From an uncultured Candidatus Binatia bacterium (lineage in GTDB: Bacteria; Desulfobacterota; Binatia; UBA9968; JAJDTQ01): a stretch of 64,000 bases of DNA. Below the pieces are notes generated by a model. It did not search any database, was not told the origin of the DNA, and saw only the letters and a list, made by a program, of their open reading frames with translations. Numbering within the stretch: position 1 is the first letter of the stretch; each line of letters starts with the position of its first letter. This document shows, piece after piece, positions 31,139-43,883 of this stretch. The position numbers and the translations under genes are program-made. Location of the stretch: positions 3,264,001 to 3,328,000 of the forward strand of contig OZ219754.1 in NCBI GenBank assembly GCA_964291295.2. Direction: 5' to 3'.

Positions 31139-32443
31139 ATGGAATCAGGCAGACAACAGGACAGGCAACAGGAAATTCTGGCCAGGCACAAGGAATACCT
31201 GTTCTCCTGTGTCGCCAACTACTATGAAGAGCCCCTGGTGGTGGATCGGGCCAAGGACTCCCTGGTCTACGACGTGGAGGGACGGGAGTATCTGGATTTC
31301 TTCGGCGGCATCGTCACCATCAGCGTCGGCCACTGCAACGACAAGGTGGTGGCCGCCATCGAGGAGCAGGTCCGCAAGGTCCAGCACACGTCGACGCTCT
31401 ATCCCAACGAACCGCAGGTGCGGCTGGCGGAGAAGCTTGCCGCCATCACACCCGGGGCGCTCCGGCAGTCCTTCTTCACCAACAGCGGCACCGAGGCCAA
31501 CGAGACGGCGGTGCTGGCGGCGCAGCTCCACACCCGGGCCCAGGACGTCATCGCCCTGCGCCACGGCTACAGCGGCCGCTCGCAACTGGCCATGAGCCTC
31601 ACCGGACACTACACATGGCGGCTCAATCCCGCCGCGAGCCCCAACATCCACCACATCCCCAACGCCTACTGCTACCGCTGCCCGTTCGGGCTCACCTACC
31701 CCGGCTGCGACCTCCGGTGCGCCAAGGACCTGGAAGACGCCATCCGGACCGCCACCTCGGGAAAGATCGCCGCGTTCATCGCCGAACCGATCCAGGGTGT
31801 CGGCGGATTCATCACGCCGCCCAAGGAGTATTTCAAGGAGGTTTCCGACATCGTGCACCGCTACGGCGGCCTGTTCATATGCGACGAGGTCCAGACCGGA
31901 TGGGGCCGAACCGGCGGCAAGATGTTCGGCATCGAGCAGTGGGACGTGGAACCCGATATCATGACCTTCGCCAAGGGCATGGCCAACGGCGTTCCGGTGG
32001 GAGGCACCATCACCCGGCCGGAGATCGCCGACAGCGTCAAGGGGCTGTCCCTCTCCACCTTCGGCGGCAATCCGGTGACCAGCACCGCCGCCCTCGCCAC
32101 CATCGAAGTCATCGAGAGCGAAGGGCTCGTGGCCAACGCCGCCGACCGCGGCGCACAACTGCGGAACGGCCTGAAAGGCCTCCAGGAGAAGTACCCCCTC
32201 ATCGGCGACATCCGCGGCATGGGGCTCATGCAGGCCATGGAGATGGTGGGCCCGGAAAAGACACCGAGCCCGGAAGCCGTGGCGCGGTTGTTCGAACTGA
32301 CGAAACAGAACGGGCTGCTGATCGGCAAGGGCGGGCTCATGGGCAACGTGATTCGCATCACCCCCGCCCTGAACGTGACCCGGGACCAGGTGAACGAGGC
32401 GCTGGAACGGCTGGACCGTTCGCTGGCGCAAATGGGGCTTTGA
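31139..32443 (+). CDS. Class III PLP aminotransferase (AGXT2/GabT-like)
   Basis: YLDFFGG, NSGTEANE, EPIQGVGG, DEVQTGWGRTG, AKGMANG, TFGGNP. Confidence 0.92.
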   Translation: MESGRQQDRQQEILARHKEYLFSCVANYYEEPLVVDRAKDSLVYDVEGREYLDFFGGIVTISVGHCNDKVVAAIEEQVRKVQHTSTLYPNEPQVRLAEKLAAITPGALRQSFFTNSGTEANETAVLAAQLHTRAQDVIALRHGYSGRSQLAMSLTGHYTWRLNPAASPNIHHIPNAYCYRCPFGLTYPGCDLRCAKDLEDAIRTATSGKIAAFIAEPIQGVGGFITPPKEYFKEVSDIVHRYGGLFICDEVQTGWGRTGGKMFGIEQWDVEPDIMTFAKGMANGVPVGGTITRPEIADSVKGLSLSTFGGNPVTSTAALATIEVIESEGLVANAADRGAQLRNGLKGLQEKYPLIGDIRGMGLMQAMEMVGPEKTPSPEAVARLFELTKQNGLLIGKGGLMGNVIRITPALNVTRDQVNEALERLDRSLAQMGL

Positions 32444-32449
32444 CTTCGG

Positions 32450-33438
<989 letters not shown>

Positions 33439-33442
<4 letters not shown>

Positions 33443-34278
33443 TCGGCTGGCGGCGCTACACCAAGGTCATGTGCGGCGGCATCATCATGCTGGTGCTGTG
33501 CATCTGCGGCCTCGGGGCGCCGTGGCTGGCACCCTACGACCCCCAGGAGCAGCGTCTGGAGCAAAGGCTCCGGGCGCCCGCCCTGGACCTGGGCGAGAAC
33601 TCGCACCTCATGGGAACCGACAACCTGGGCCGCGACCTCCTGAGCCGGGTCATCTACGGTTCGCGCATCTCGTTGATGGTGGGGGCCGCCACCGTGTTCC
33701 TGGCGGGTCTGCTGGGCTGTTTCCTCGGGGCCGTGGCGGGATACTTCGGAGAGCTGATCGACGAGACCATCAACAAGACCACGGAGATCTTCCTCGCCTT
33801 TCCCTTCCTGCTGCTGGCCATCGCCATCATGGCGTTCCTGGGGCAGGGCCTGGTGAACCTTGTCATCGCGCTGGTGCTCAGCCGATGGGTCCAGTACTGC
33901 AGGGTGGTCCGGGGCGAAGTGCTGTCGCTCAAGGAGCGCGAGTTCGTGCAGGCCGCCCGGGCACTGGGGGCCAGCAACCGCTACATCATCCTGCGCCACG
34001 TGATCCCCAACACATTGCCCAGCGTCATGGTCATCGCCACCTTCGCCATGGCCGTGGTCATCATCACCGAGGCGAGCCTGAGCTTCCTGGGTCTCGGGGT
34101 GCCGCCCAGCATCCCCACCTGGGGCTCCATGCTGAGCGAAGGCCGCAGCTACATGTACCGCGCCCCCTGGCTCACCATCTTCCCCGGCATCGCCATCTTC
34201 GTCACCGTCCTCGGCATCAATCTGCTGGGAGACGGCCTGCGCGACATCTTCGATCCCAAGCTGACGCGCAACCGTTGA
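33439..34278 (+). CDS. Peptide/nickel ABC transporter permease (DppC-like)
   Basis: GTDNLGRD, EFVQAARALG, EASLSFLGLG, NLLGDGLRD; GTGA overlap with upstream gene. Confidence 0.92.
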
Positions 34279-34372
34279 GGCGGAATGCGGAACACGGGAA
34301 AGGTGCCGGTGCGGCGCGGTGCGGCGTCGCGCCAACCTGGCACCGCGGTGACCGGTCCGACCGCTGGCGGCG

Positions 34373-36202
<1,830 letters not shown>

Positions 36203-36310
36203 GGCTCCTCACATGGCACTGCCGCGGCTTCGTCCCCGGAGCTGGCGGCGACCGGCCCCGGGCCGGCCCGGTTCGAATGCGAGAAGAGCGCCACCACGGG
36301 AGAGGGCGCT

Positions 36311-37966
36311 TCAGTGGACAAGGCCGCCCTGGCGCGCCTGTGCCACCATGGAGTCGCAGACGCGAAACGCGTTGGCCTGGATGGTCAGGGTGGGATTGAG
36401 ACCAGCGGCGGTCACGAACACGCTGGCGTCGACGATGAAGAGATTGGACACGTCGTGGGAACGGCACCACTTGTCCACCACCGATGACTCGGGGTCGTTG
36501 CCCATGCGGCAGGTGCCCATCTGGTGATTGTGGAGCTTGCGGGTCTCGGGCCTGGGCACGATGATCCGGGTCGCCCCCGCCGCCTCGTAGATTTCCCGCG
36601 AACGTTCGCCCAGGTAGGCGGCCAGCCGCACGTCGTTCTCGTGGCTGGTGTAGGTGATGCGCGCGGCGGGCAGGCCGTAGCAGTCCGTCACGTCCGGGTC
36701 GAGGTCCACGGCGTTGCTGGCCACCGGCAGGCTCTCGCCGGTGCAGTGGCTGTGCAGGTAGTGGCGCCAGGTCTCGCGCATGGAGTCCTTGTGCCGCTGG
36801 CCCCAGCGCTGGCCGTGGATGGGCCGCAGGGCCAGTTCGATGGGATCGCCGCCATGAGCCCGGGGGTGCATGAAGCCGCCCCGGATGAAACCCCGTTTCG
36901 TGTCCGTCCTGTAGAAGTCCTGGAGTACCCGGGTGCTGGAGGTTCCCTTGTGGCCGTCCAGCGGCTCCGGGAAGGTCACCACCAGCGTCACGCCCGGGGA
37001 GTGGAACATGAGATTCCGGCCCACCAGTCCGCTGCGGTTTGCCAGCCCCTGCGGGAACCGCGCGGATTCGGACAGGAGCAGCAGCCGCGCCGTCTCCACG
37101 CCTCCGGCCGCCATCACCACCAGGCGCGCCGGCTGGTGTTCCTCGGCGCCTTCGGCGTTGAAGTAGGTCACGCCGGACGCCTTGCCCTGCCGGTCCAGGG
37201 TAATCTCCCGCGCCAGGCAGAGGGGCCGCATCTCCAGACGTCCCGTGGCCAGCGCCTTGGGCAGGAGCGACTCCAGCGTGCTGGACTTGGCTCCCACGGG
37301 ACAGCCGTAGGCAGAGCACATCCCCTTGCCGATGCACCCCGGACGGCCGTCGTAGTCGCCGGTGAGGATGGCCAAGGGGGTCGGAAACGGGTGCAGGCCC
37401 AGCTTGCGGGCACCCTTCTCAAGGACCGCTCCGGGGCTGTTGCGCACCGCCGGCCCCACCGGATAGTCGCGTTTGCGCGGCGGGTCAAAGGGGTTCGACC
37501 AGCCCTTGCCCGAGACCCCGATGGTCCATTCCGCCTTCTCGTAGAAAGGCTCCATCTCCTCGTAAGAGATGGGCCAGTCCTGGATGGCGGCACCCGCCAC
37601 CGGGCCGTCCTCGGAGCGCACCCGGAAGTCCGACTCATGGAAACGCCAGGAGAGGCCGCTGTAGTGGATGGTGCCGCCTCCAACGCACATGGCGTTGGAG
37701 AAGGTCTGGGTCTTGCTGGACAGAACCTCAGCCGGCGTGGCGGCGTCGGGCCGCCAGGTGCGCGGCTCCAGCTCCACCGTGGGCCAGAAAAAGTTGCGCC
37801 GCTTGTACAGGAGTTCGTCGCCCAGGGCGAAATCCTCGCGTTTGTACCAAGGGCCCCGCTCCAGCACGCACACGGTCATGCCCGCCTCGGTGAGCTCCTT
37901 GGCCGCCACCAGACCCGACGCACCGCCGCCCACGATGCAGACATCGACTGTTTCGCGCCTTGCCAT
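36311..37966 (-). CDS. GMC oxidoreductase (gluconate 2-dehydrogenase flavoprotein-like)
   Basis: VGGGASG, VGGGTIHY, HQMGTCRMG, NPTLTIQA. Confidence 0.9.
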   Translation of the reverse strand: MARRETVDVCIVGGGASGLVAAKELTEAGMTVCVLERGPWYKREDFALGDELLYKRRNFFWPTVELEPRTWRPDAATPAEVLSSKTQTFSNAMCVGGGTIHYSGLSWRFHESDFRVRSEDGPVAGAAIQDWPISYEEMEPFYEKAEWTIGVSGKGWSNPFDPPRKRDYPVGPAVRNSPGAVLEKGARKLGLHPFPTPLAILTGDYDGRPGCIGKGMCSAYGCPVGAKSSTLESLLPKALATGRLEMRPLCLAREITLDRQGKASGVTYFNAEGAEEHQPARLVVMAAGGVETARLLLLSESARFPQGLANRSGLVGRNLMFHSPGVTLVVTFPEPLDGHKGTSSTRVLQDFYRTDTKRGFIRGGFMHPRAHGGDPIELALRPIHGQRWGQRHKDSMRETWRHYLHSHCTGESLPVASNAVDLDPDVTDCYGLPAARITYTSHENDVRLAAYLGERSREIYEAAGATRIIVPRPETRKLHNHQMGTCRMGNDPESSVVDKWCRSHDVSNLFIVDASVFVTAAGLNPTLTIQANAFRVCDSMVAQARQGGLVH

Positions 37967-37985
37967 CTGTCTCCGGGTTGCCGGT

Positions 37986-38600
37986 CTAGGACGAGCGGAC
38001 CTTCCGGGCATGGGGAAACGCGTCGGGCTCGTTGGCGTCGTACCAGCCATAGGGGGTCTCGTTGCCGTGGGGAAAGCTCGGACCGGGGTATCCCAGCATC
38101 CGCCAACCAGCCCGGTCCCTGTTGCCGCCGTGCCGCGGATGGCCGTAGAACCCTTCCATGGTGTGGGTGATCAGGAGCGTGAAGAACGGATCCTTGCGCT
38201 CGTCCAGAACAGTCAGCACCCGGTCCTGCCCCATATCGTCCAGGCCGCAAAAGTCTTTTCCCGACTCCAGTTCGGAAGCCAGCCGGTCCAGTTCGACGAC
38301 ACCGCCGCGATACGCCGGCAAGTGGCGGCTGCCCAGACCGGCGAGCCGGAACAGCGTCGCCTGCTGCTCCTCGGTACGGCCTCCCATGCTCCCGAGGAGG
38401 AAGTTGGCGTACTCCTTCTTCTCCCGCGGACCGATGTCCGTATCCACGTCATCCGCCGCCAGCAGGCCCTCGATGTAGTCGAGAACCCCGGCCTCCCGTG
38501 CACCGGGGTCCTGGTCCGATGGCACGATGCGCGCCGCCGCGGCCTCGATGGTGGCCCGCTCGTGATCCGACAACACACGTCCTGTTTCCATGTCGCTCAT
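37986..38600 (-). CDS. Gluconate 2-dehydrogenase subunit 3 family protein
   Basis: RIVPSD..PGAREAGV..YI, EGFYGHP..GGNRD..GW..LGYPG. Confidence 0.88.
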   Translation of the reverse strand: MSDMETGRVLSDHERATIEAAAARIVPSDQDPGAREAGVLDYIEGLLAADDVDTDIGPREKKEYANFLLGSMGGRTEEQQATLFRLAGLGSRHLPAYRGGVVELDRLASELESGKDFCGLDDMGQDRVLTVLDERKDPFFTLLITHTMEGFYGHPRHGGNRDRAGWRMLGYPGPSFPHGNETPYGWYDANEPDAFPHARKVRSS

Positions 38601-39030
38601 GACCTGCCTGCCGCCATGACCTGTCCCTCCCACCGACCATGGGCATCAATGGATACCTTACAACAGCGTCCCGGGCAATTCACGTTCGATGCTTCCGTTC
38701 GATGCTCCACGCTCTCGATTCACCGGTACGGGGAAGCGGCGTGAGCCGCTCCCCCGGCCGCACACGCACCCAGCCTCGTCGAGAAACGCCAACAGCCCGA
38801 CATGGGCGCGTACCGCGCCATACTGGCCACCGGAGCCGGGTCCGGATGAATTGTACTGGGGTCTGCGTGAATTGCACTCGATCGAGACTTCACGCCGTCC
38901 GAGGATCGGCGATGGAACCGCCCGCGGGCAATGCCGCGGTTCGCCGTACACCCCATGACCACATGGCGCCGGCAGGTCACGTGACACCGACCACATGACC
39001 TGGCCGTGCGACGCCTCTCGCCGATGGCGT

Positions 39031-39369
39031 TCAAAGCGGCTTGACGACCCTGCCCACCGTTGCCGCAAGACCGGTGACGGCATTCAGATACGCCCGGATC
39101 CGGTGCACGCGCTTCCCGGCCCGTTCGACAGCGGCGATACCCTGTTCAAGCGCCTTCCCGCTGCCGGCAAACTGCCGCCGGAGGGCCGCCACGCCGGTGT
39201 TCTCGAGACGGCGAACCGCCAGGCAGACATCCAGCAGGGCGGTGGCGGCCTCCGCGCGCTCGTCCGCCGGCAGCTCCTCGACCCCGGTGAGCCACTCGGC
39301 GGAGATCATCCGCTTTCGCGCCCGGCGCAACTCCGACAGTGTCTTGCGCCGAATCTCTCCCGGCGTCAT
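39031..39369 (-). CDS. Hypothetical small helical protein
   Basis: 112-aa ORF; ATGA overlap with the upstream lipoprotein gene. Confidence 0.65.
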   Translation of the reverse strand: MTPGEIRRKTLSELRRARKRMISAEWLTGVEELPADERAEAATALLDVCLAVRRLENTGVAALRRQFAGSGKALEQGIAAVERAGKRVHRIRAYLNAVTGLAATVGRVVKPL

Positions 39370-40280
39370 CGGAGCGCCCTGCCCGCTTCGGCGCCGAGTC
39401 GGGACACCAACTCGACGAAACCCTCGACGGTACCGGCCAACTCGGCTGCCCGGACGTCATCCATGCGACCCTCCATCGCCGCCACGTACGCCGCGCGCAA
39501 GGACCGGATGGTCCGCTCCGCGGCCTCGACGGCCTCCACGTCGCCCGCACCCCGCAGACTCCGCAACCGCCGGGCCGGCCAGGTCCTGGGGAGCCGCTTC
39601 GCGTTCATGTACGGCTCGGTCACCTCGCCGCTGCGGAACCGCGCCGACAGCACCTCCCGGTCGGCGCGAACCTGCCGGGCCAGCGCCGTGATCCACGCCT
39701 GTTGCACGGCCAGCTCGCGTTCCATGGTGGCGCCACGGGCTTCGAACTCGCGGCGCAACGCCGCGGACTTGAACGACGCCACCGCGACAGCCGCGGCCGG
39801 CTCCATCAGGCCGCTCACCGAAACGTCGCCCCAACGCGCCTTTTTGAGCCGCGGCGACAGCCGATTCAACTCCGTGGTCAAGCGTCTTGCAGTGCGGCCG
39901 ATCCCCTTGGACCCCTCCGGCTTCAGCAACGGCCGCAACGCCATGAAATACGATCTCAGAAGCTCGTTGTGACGCTTGGCCGCGGCGTACTCCGCCAGCC
40001 GTTCCGCCATGGCCGCGTCGAACTGCCGGAGCGCGTCCCGACGCTGCTCCGCCGACAGGCCGTCCCGCACCGACACCAAGGCCGCGGAATCGACCGCCGC
40101 CGCCAGTTCGAAAGCCCGATCCATCAGCGGCGGCACCTTGCCGGCCCAGGCGATGCCTGCCTTGGCAACCGCATCGAGTCCCGCAGTATCGGTGGCGGCC
40201 GTACAGCCGGCGGCCAGAAAAACCAGGACGGCTGCCGGCAGGAACGGGATATGGCGGGCTCGGGCACTCCTTCTCTTCAT
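39366..40280 (-). CDS. Hypothetical helical lipoprotein
   Basis: Basic N-terminus, hydrophobic stretch and LAAGC lipobox; GGAG RBS upstream. Confidence 0.7.
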   Translation of the reverse strand: MKRRSARARHIPFLPAAVLVFLAAGCTAATDTAGLDAVAKAGIAWAGKVPPLMDRAFELAAAVDSAALVSVRDGLSAEQRRDALRQFDAAMAERLAEYAAAKRHNELLRSYFMALRPLLKPEGSKGIGRTARRLTTELNRLSPRLKKARWGDVSVSGLMEPAAAVAVASFKSAALRREFEARGATMERELAVQQAWITALARQVRADREVLSARFRSGEVTEPYMNAKRLPRTWPARRLRSLRGAGDVEAVEAAERTIRSLRAAYVAAMEGRMDDVRAAELAGTVEGFVELVSRLGAEAGRALR

Positions 40281-40388
40281 GATCGGCGTCTCCTCGCGCC
40301 CGCTGAAGCGGAATGCGGGCGCAGAAAGGAAGATAGGGTGCGGGACGGCCACCCTGTCCTTTGCCTGTCCTTTGCCGCGCCCGCTTTC

Positions 40389-40505
40389 CGTATCGATTTT
40401 ACATCGATTTTCGTATCGCTTTGTATCGCCTTTGTATCGATTCCGTGTCCATTCTGATTCCGTACCCATGCTGTCTTCACACCGTGTCCCTTCTGTACCG
40501 ATCGG
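40389..40505. repeat. About 11-bp periodic degenerate repeat array (consensus tgtatcgattt) in a divergent intergenic region
   Basis: ATCG cores at 40392, 40403, 40415, 40425 and 40436; degenerate units continue to about 40505. Confidence 0.7.
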
Positions 40506-40698
40506 TCCTTGTTTGCACGGGACAATCGGGATGTCCAACGATCGGCAGTGAACCCGCACGCCGGGGCAGATCGTTGACCGTGCGCACGCACTTGCGGTAG
40601 TGTCGCTTCGGGACAGGGCGAAGGACATTCCCGACACTCCCGAAATTCCCGGATGCGTGACCGCCTGATCCGGACCTGCTCTGACAAGGAGAAGTGAA

Positions 40699-41940
40699 AT
40701 GAAGGACGGCCTGCGTTTCGTGGACAGCGACATGCACGTTCAGGAACCCGGAGACCTGCTGGAGAGATACCTCGACCCCGAGTTCAAGGGCCGGGTCACC
40801 TGGGCGGTGGACGCCCGGGGCCGGATCAGCCGCCGCACCTGGACCATCGACGGGCTGCCCGCCAGCGCGGACGTGGAGATACAGCAGCATCGCAAGAAGG
40901 CGGCCTCGTCAAAGGCCACCGGACCGATCATGGGAGCCGCCACCGGGGTGCTGTCGGCGTCGCGGATCGCCGACACGGGCCGTCTGGACTTCGCCATCGA
41001 GCGGGACTACGACGAGGAAGCCCAGCTCATGGGAATGGAGATGGAGGGCATCGACATCGCCGTGCTCTTCCCCACCGGCGGGCTGGGCCTCCTGGCGCGG
41101 GACCCCATGGACCCGCGGCTGTCGCTGGCCCTGAGCCGCGCCTACAATGACTGGATCAGCGACTTCTGCCGATACTGCCCGGAGCGCATGAAGTTCGCCG
41201 CCATGCTGCCGCTGCACGACGTCAATCTGTCGTGCCAGGAACTGAAGCGGGCGGTGCAGGAACTGGGCGCGGTGGCTTCGTTCATCCGGCCCAACCTCGT
41301 CAAAGGCCACTTCTGGCACTCCAACTACTGGGATCCCCTCTACAGCCTGCACGAAGAGCTCAACGTCTCCTGGTGCTTTCATGAAGGCACCGGCGCGTGG
41401 AACTCCCGCATGAACGAACTCTACGGCGAGAACCGCTTCTACCGCCACGTGGCCAGCCACTGGATCGAGATGCAGCAGGCCCTCATCGCCATGATCATCG
41501 GCGGGGTCTTCGAATTCCATCCCGGGCTGCGGGTGGGCTATCTGGAAGCCCAGAATTCCTGGGTGCCCGGCATCCTCACGCGCATCGAGTGGGACTACGC
41601 CAACTATCGCGATTCCCACGCGCCTTACCTGTCACTGACGCCCAAGGAGTACTTTCAGCGGAACTGCTGGGCCGCGGTGGAGGGCAGCGAGCCGGAAATC
41701 GCCGGCACGGCGGAACTCATCGGAGCGAACCGGATGTGCATCTCGACGGACTACCCCCACTTCGACTCGAACTTTCCCAACGTGTCCCGCAATCTGCTGC
41801 ACAACGTGCCGCGGGAAACCGCGGCGGCCATCTTCATGGGCGGCGGCGCCCTCTACGACTTCGGCGAGGAGGACTTCCGCAAGGCCCACGCGGCGGCGGA
41901 GACGAACCGGAAGCGGCAGGCCGCGGTCAACGAAGGCTGA
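40699..41940 (+). CDS. Amidohydrolase_2 family (LigW/LigY/ACMSD-like)
   Basis: DSDMH, AYNDW, FHEG, GGVFEFHP, STDYPH. Confidence 0.88.
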   Translation: MKDGLRFVDSDMHVQEPGDLLERYLDPEFKGRVTWAVDARGRISRRTWTIDGLPASADVEIQQHRKKAASSKATGPIMGAATGVLSASRIADTGRLDFAIERDYDEEAQLMGMEMEGIDIAVLFPTGGLGLLARDPMDPRLSLALSRAYNDWISDFCRYCPERMKFAAMLPLHDVNLSCQELKRAVQELGAVASFIRPNLVKGHFWHSNYWDPLYSLHEELNVSWCFHEGTGAWNSRMNELYGENRFYRHVASHWIEMQQALIAMIIGGVFEFHPGLRVGYLEAQNSWVPGILTRIEWDYANYRDSHAPYLSLTPKEYFQRNCWAAVEGSEPEIAGTAELIGANRMCISTDYPHFDSNFPNVSRNLLHNVPRETAAAIFMGGGALYDFGEEDFRKAHAAAETNRKRQAAVNEG

Positions 41941-42095
41941 TGCCCAGATCCGGGGCAACGAGAGTGCGGTGAAGGGAGTGGGGCTGGGGTGACAACCGCC
42001 GCGCGTTCCGGGCGGCCCTTCGCTGATCGGCCCGTCGCTCGTTGCCCCTTCACTCCCTGGTCCCTTCGTTCCCTACCCCTTCGCCTGTCCCAGTC

Positions 42096-42947
42096 TCACT
42101 TCGGCATCGGTCCCACCAGAAGCGCGGCGTCGAGTCGGCGGCCGAACAGATTGATGCGCCAATCGAGATGGGCTCCGGTGGAGCGGCCGGTGGAGCCTAC
42201 CGCGGCGATGGGCTGCCCCTGCTTCACGCGCTGGCCCTCTTTCACGACGATGCGCGACAGGTGGAGAAACGCGGACGACAGCCCGTGGCCGTGGTCGACA
42301 ATCAGGGTGCCGCCGGAGAAGTACATGTCCTTGTGGACGAGGGTGACCACACCGGCGGCGGGCGCCACCACCCGGGTGCCCTTCGGTGCGGCGATGTCGA
42401 TGCCGTAGTGGGGACGGCGGGGCTCGCCGTTCAGGATGCGCCGGGAGCCGTAGACGCCGCTGATGCGGCCCTTGACCGGCCAGCGAAACCGTCCCAGGAA
42501 GTCGGTGCGCGGGTCGTCGCGCAAGCGCGCCCGCTTCACCATGGCCGCCTCCCGGCGGATGCGCGCGAGGTCCCGGCTGCCAGGCGTCACCTTGCGGCGC
42601 GGCAGGCCGTCGATGCGCTGGATGCGGTACTTGCGGGGCGCGACCGCCAACTCGTGCCGCTGGCGCCGGCCGTCCGGGAGGACCAGGGACAGCACCACCT
42701 TCGGCGGCGCGTCGCGCCCGAATCCGATGAGAAACCAGCCATCCTTCGAGACCCGTACCGGCTCGCCCTGGAACGTCACGCTGGAGCCCGGTGCCACGCG
42801 CCCGCGCACAAGCCCCCCCTGCACGCGCGGACCCTCCAGCGCCACCCCCTTTTCGGCTGCCCGCGTGAAGGCCGGGACTGGCGGCAGCAATGCGGCGAAC
42901 AAGGTCAGGCAGAGCGCGAACCGAAGGGCTGACGGCCGGTTCTCCAC
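42096..42947 (-). CDS. M23 family metallopeptidase
   Basis: HYGIDIA, DHGHG, HLS, GSTGRSTGAHLDW; start uncertain. Confidence 0.88.
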   Translation of the reverse strand: MENRPSALRFALCLTLFAALLPPVPAFTRAAEKGVALEGPRVQGGLVRGRVAPGSSVTFQGEPVRVSKDGWFLIGFGRDAPPKVVLSLVLPDGRRQRHELAVAPRKYRIQRIDGLPRRKVTPGSRDLARIRREAAMVKRARLRDDPRTDFLGRFRWPVKGRISGVYGSRRILNGEPRRPHYGIDIAAPKGTRVVAPAAGVVTLVHKDMYFSGGTLIVDHGHGLSSAFLHLSRIVVKEGQRVKQGQPIAAVGSTGRSTGAHLDWRINLFGRRLDAALLVGPMPK

Positions 42948-43883
42948 CCGAGGAGAACGCGACCGCCGACGCGGACCGTTACCGGGAAGCACGGGGCGCC
43001 CCCGAGCCGGGCTCGGGAGCGTGGCATGCCGTGACCTGCATCCTGTGCCCGCGAATGACACGGATGCAGCATGGGACATGCCGGTGCGGCTGTCAAACAA
43101 GCTGCGACGGGAACCGTTCTTTATCGCGGCCGGCGGCGGTGCCGTCCTGGCCGCGCCTCCTTGAAGCCTGCGCCGCGGAAGATTCTCTTGGGGCAGAAAT
43201 CCACCAGAGTCCTTCTTGGCGCCCAGTTCGTGTCCAGCAAAGGGACAAGGCTGCACGTTTCCAGCATTCTGGACGAAAATCCGGACATGCTCTCCCACCC
43301 GCCATCTACCGGAGCGTCCTGCGGCGCAGACCCCTTGAAGCCGAAACCGGCACAGCGACAACGCAATCGGCTCCAGAACAGACCGCTGCAGGGCCGCAGA
43401 ACCTGCCTGCGTCGCCGTCCGCCGGACACAGACCTACCGGTAACGGTGGGATGAAGGATCAATGCTTCGCGCCTGCCGCGTCGTGAACCGCTGCAAGCCG
43501 CAGAACCGCCTGCCGACGTGCGAGGCTGATTGCCGGCGGCGCGATGGCCCGCTGCCTTTCCTCCCCTTCCTGCCACTCTTGCCATTCCTGCCATTCCACC
43601 CGTCGGCACGGCCGTCGGCCGGCAGGCTGCCTGGCTGAATCCGGACCTGCGACGCGCGTTTGATTCTTTGCTCCCGCTTGTGCAAGTTACCATCTGCAAT
43701 ACTCCGACCCCGCGGCTGCGGACGGGGTGCTGGAACGTCCGCGGGTCGGGATGCCGGATGGCTCGTCGTCACCGGTCCGGACCGCGTGCCGATGGCCTCC
43801 CGGACGTCCCGCACCCACATCCTGAACCTGCATACGGAATCACACGCGATGGGGACCGCGCGCGGTTTCGTCCGGGAGAGATC

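Noticed and set aside
38640-39030. tgaattgYac repeats and short ORFs
   Set aside because: Only two or three weak copies; the ORFs lack coding features
42950-43880. About 900-bp intergenic region as an ncRNA or hidden gene
   Set aside because: No convincing ORF or known RNA motif; only short degenerate repeats (ccttgaagcc twice; ttcctgcca units)
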